Shown: positions 16,134-18,507 of the stretch, one piece after another
How positions within the stretch are numbered: the first letter of the stretch is position 1
Layout of the letters: every line of letters begins with the position of its first letter
Source of the DNA: a bacterium
GTDB taxonomy: Bacteria > JAMCPX01
Assembly (NCBI GenBank): GCA_037439545.1
Contig: JBBIVV010000007.1
Location: 51,530 to 70,036 of the forward strand
Direction of reading: 5' to 3'
Length of the DNA stretch: 18,507 nucleotides
Program-made: the position numbers and the translations under genes
The notes under the pieces: generated by a model
Told to the model about the DNA's origin: nothing
Databases searched by the model: none
The model's input: only the letters and a program-made list of their open reading frames with translations

Positions 16134-16830
16134 GATACAACCTCATTGAATTGAATCTGAAATCGCTTAATTTTATTTTTTCTTCTACCTTGCTGCGCAC
16201 ACGGCTTTGCTGCTCTTCTATATCAAGGGCTGCGTCAATTGTTTGAAAATTGTATCTCTCAGTTAATGCCTTATATTTTTCAGAAATCATCTGCTGAAAG
16301 ATCTTGAAAGACACAACCGGGTCAGGGGAGAGGTTCAGGTCCATCCCTGCCTCATGGTACTTAAGGTTTGGCCTGCTTTTGAGTATCCTCTCTACTGCGA
16401 TGCTGACCTCGATATCAAAATAAAACGTTATGTCCGGTACGACCGCAAAGGAATACAATTTCCTTACCCATTCCGGATCACACCCCCTGGTCGTATCTCT
16501 CGCAAATGCCGTATATATATACCTGTCGCAAAGCACGATATAGCCCGCCTGAAGGAGCGGTAGTATTTGTTTCTCGTAGCGGTCGGAGAAATCGATCGCA
16601 TGTATCAACGAGAATGTAAGCGGCGTAAGCAGGAGCTTCTTTTTTCCCCTCTTTATTGCTGACCTCACGACGTCCGCGGAATTCCATTCTGAAAAGAATG
16701 CCTTGTATCCTTCTATCTCAAGCCACCTCTTCAGGAGGTATATCTGGGTCGACTTCCCTGATCCGTCGATACCCTCGACCACGATCAGCCTGCCCGGGAG
16801 CCCTGCATCGGTTTTATGATCCTTTATCAT
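16123..16830 (-). CDS. Thymidylate-kinase-like P-loop protein A (canonical Walker A GIDGSGKS)
   Basis: LIVVEGIDGSGKSTQ, VLCDRYIYTAFARD, PDITFYFD and HEAGMDL; SD AAGGA; 17-nt overlap with the end of ppx. Confidence 0.87.
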   Translation of the reverse strand: MIKDHKTDAGLPGRLIVVEGIDGSGKSTQIYLLKRWLEIEGYKAFFSEWNSADVVRSAIKRGKKKLLLTPLTFSLIHAIDFSDRYEKQILPLLQAGYIVLCDRYIYTAFARDTTRGCDPEWVRKLYSFAVVPDITFYFDIEVSIAVERILKSRPNLKYHEAGMDLNLSPDPVVSFKIFQQMISEKYKALTERYNFQTIDAALDIEEQQSRVRSKVEEKIKLSDFRFNSMRLYHAE

Positions 16831-18394
16831 TTTTATTTCCTTCTTTCCTGTACTCCGTTACCTCGAGCCGATACCCGAATGTCCTGGTGAAGAGTTTCCC
16901 TTTTAAAGGTATTGCAAGCCGTTCGAGTTCGAGTCTTTTATAGTCCGGAATACCGATAATCAGACTGTTCTTGCCAAGATTGATCGACAGGGGCATTTTT
17001 ATCTCAAGGTGCTCCCGATCAAGTGCATCGGCTATCCGCAGGATTGATGCGAGCTTTATGATAATTATTTTTTCTTTTCCAGTCAGTTTGTTGAAACTTT
17101 CGTGTTGCTCCTTTGGGAATGACTTGCGGTGGTATCTGGCAATGTTTGCAATGAGGACAATGTCTCTGTGTGAAAGTCCCATGATGTTCGATTCCGCTAT
17201 GAGGTATTGTGAGTGCTTATGATGGTGCGGTATACCCACGAAATAGCCGATATCGTGCAGGTACGCTGCCAATTCTATCAAAAGACGCTCCCGTTCTCCG
17301 AGCATATGGATATCCTTAAGTGCATCGAATAAGTCCAGACTATACGAGGCAACGTTTGTTGCATGCAGCCAGTTGAATTCATATTTTTCGCTGAGTGCAT
17401 GAACTGCGGAAACAAGCTGTTCACGCTTTTCATCTTTATGCATCTTTTCATCATTCTCTAAGTATTCGATTGCAATGCCGTCTCGTACGCCGACGCCAGG
17501 TGCATAGATACTGTCCACCTTTGCACAACGGGCAAAGCTTTCATATACAATCGCTGCCGGCAAGATGACGTCAGCCCTGTTCGGACGGAGCCGGAGCTTT
17601 TCAATTCTCTCCTGCAGGTTGTACCCTGTCAGTTTTTTAATTACCGTATGCAGCAGGTCGCACCCGATCCGTACTACGCCTTTCTCCCATTCAAGCTTTC
17701 CCCATCCGGTCTGCTCGATAAGCCAGACTATGCTGTCTATATTTCCTCCTGTGGCTATAAAGCGGTCTATCTTCTTCCTGCCAAGGCTGTGCTGCAGCCG
17801 TTTATGGGTAATGCCTACATATTTGTCTGCTATTTCATGGAATTTTTCGTCGTCACCTGCATACGCTTTCAGGTATTCCATCAATCTGACCGCACCAAGC
17901 TTATGGGTGAGGCAAAATTGTATTTTACCATCCTCGATCAGACTCACCTCGACGCTGCCGCCCCCTACTTCAATATGAACGACGTTAAGTGATGCGAGAG
18001 GGATTTTTTTCATGACTGCCTTAATGATGAGTCTTGCCTCCTCGGTCCCATCAATCACATTAACCTTGATCCCTGTTTCTTTCCGCACCATACTTATAAA
18101 TTCAGCTTTATTTTCAGACTCTCTTACCGCACTGGTGGCTACTGCCTCTACTTTTGATATCCGGTAGTCATCGATAATCTGTCTGAATTCCTTCAAAGCC
18201 TTCAGCGCATTAGCAAGCGAAGCTCTCAGTATCTTGCCGGTGTGGAACACATCCTTGCCCAGTCTTACGGGTTCTCTTAGTGTTTTAAATGCGTGGATTT
18301 CTCCATCGTCACTCTTTGTAAAAAGTTGGATACGTAAGGCGTTTGATCCAATATCGATCGCCGCTATCTTCTTATCTTTCATTTGCATAGTCAT
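16814..18394 (-). CDS. ppx: Ppx/GppA family exopolyphosphatase with C-terminal HD domain
   Basis: AAIDIGSNALR, AVATSAVRES, IDGTEEARL, EVGGGSVE, LGAVRL, RADVI and GVRDG; HD part LHDIG, HHKHS, IARYHRK and LRIADALDR. Exact start is ambiguous (18394, 18388 or 18382). Confidence 0.93.
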   Translation of the reverse strand: MTMQMKDKKIAAIDIGSNALRIQLFTKSDDGEIHAFKTLREPVRLGKDVFHTGKILRASLANALKALKEFRQIIDDYRISKVEAVATSAVRESENKAEFISMVRKETGIKVNVIDGTEEARLIIKAVMKKIPLASLNVVHIEVGGGSVEVSLIEDGKIQFCLTHKLGAVRLMEYLKAYAGDDEKFHEIADKYVGITHKRLQHSLGRKKIDRFIATGGNIDSIVWLIEQTGWGKLEWEKGVVRIGCDLLHTVIKKLTGYNLQERIEKLRLRPNRADVILPAAIVYESFARCAKVDSIYAPGVGVRDGIAIEYLENDEKMHKDEKREQLVSAVHALSEKYEFNWLHATNVASYSLDLFDALKDIHMLGERERLLIELAAYLHDIGYFVGIPHHHKHSQYLIAESNIMGLSHRDIVLIANIARYHRKSFPKEQHESFNKLTGKEKIIIIKLASILRIADALDREHLEIKMPLSINLGKNSLIIGIPDYKRLELERLAIPLKGKLFTRTFGYRLEVTEYRKEGNKNDKGS

Positions 18395-18472
18395 AGGATT
18401 TAATAATCTTTGTCTAATTTTTCTTGTACCAAGTTAGTCATCATCCTGCCCGACAGCAGGTTTGTGCTTCAT

Positions 18473-18502
18473 ATAATAATTATAACCCGCCCTGCCTTTC
18501 AA
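18473..18502 (-). promoter_or_regulatory. Putative sigma70 promoter of the ppx operon
   Basis: On the - strand TTGAAA (18502-18497), an 18-nt spacer, then TATTAT (18478-18473). A perfect TATAAT (18484-18479) lies immediately upstream of that hexamer. Confidence 0.45.
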
Positions 18503-18507
18503 AAGAC

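Noticed and set aside
15438..16830. Assigning gene symbol tmk to either kinase-like gene
   Set aside because: Both lack the TREPG and AYQG-type segments of housekeeping dTMP kinase, occur as a pair and sit in a polyP context.
167..18437. Many short antisense or alternate-frame ORFs (for example 3762-4346, 7306-7854, 8399-8920, 17565-17978)
   Set aside because: They overlap well-supported genes and show no recognisable motifs; treated as shadow ORFs.
18445..18460. CCTGC/GCAGG hairpin in the ppx leader as riboswitch or terminator
   Set aside because: Only a 5-bp stem with no U-tract in the transcribed direction and no recognisable aptamer.
1..18507. CRISPR array, tRNA, rRNA or IS element
   Set aside because: No regularly spaced repeats, cloverleaf, rRNA-like sequence or transposase motifs were seen.

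Overview
Bacterial chromosomal window, probably from a diderm (it encodes a beta-barrel porin and a lipoprotein), with three blocks. (1) + strand, 207-8875: a translationally coupled glycogen/alpha-glucan operon, glgC - GH57 amylopullulanase-like - GH57 4-alpha-glucanotransferase - GalT-like nucleotidyltransferase - glgA - Crp/Fnr regulator. No GH13 glgB/glgX or glgP is in the window. (2) + strand, about 8900-11560: an accessory islet with a degenerate HNH protein, an orphan PhoB/PhoP-like response regulator, a lipoprotein and a Cys-rich secreted protein. Two copies of one promoter architecture occur here (9176-9229 and 10527-10580), each with 11-bp-phased TTTACR repeats followed 9 nt later by a TAnnnT -10. 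(3) - strand, 18394-11602: a putative polyphosphate operon, ppx/gppA - two paralogous non-canonical thymidylate-kinase-like P-loop proteins - CHAD+HD fusion - porin - GAF+HD-GYP phosphodiesterase. The best candidate for an undescribed system is the tandem TMK-like pair (one canonical GKS P-loop, one GRT P-loop) between Ppx and a polyP-binding CHAD-HD protein, possibly a heteromeric polyP-dependent kinase. All family calls come from motif recognition by eye; no searches were run.
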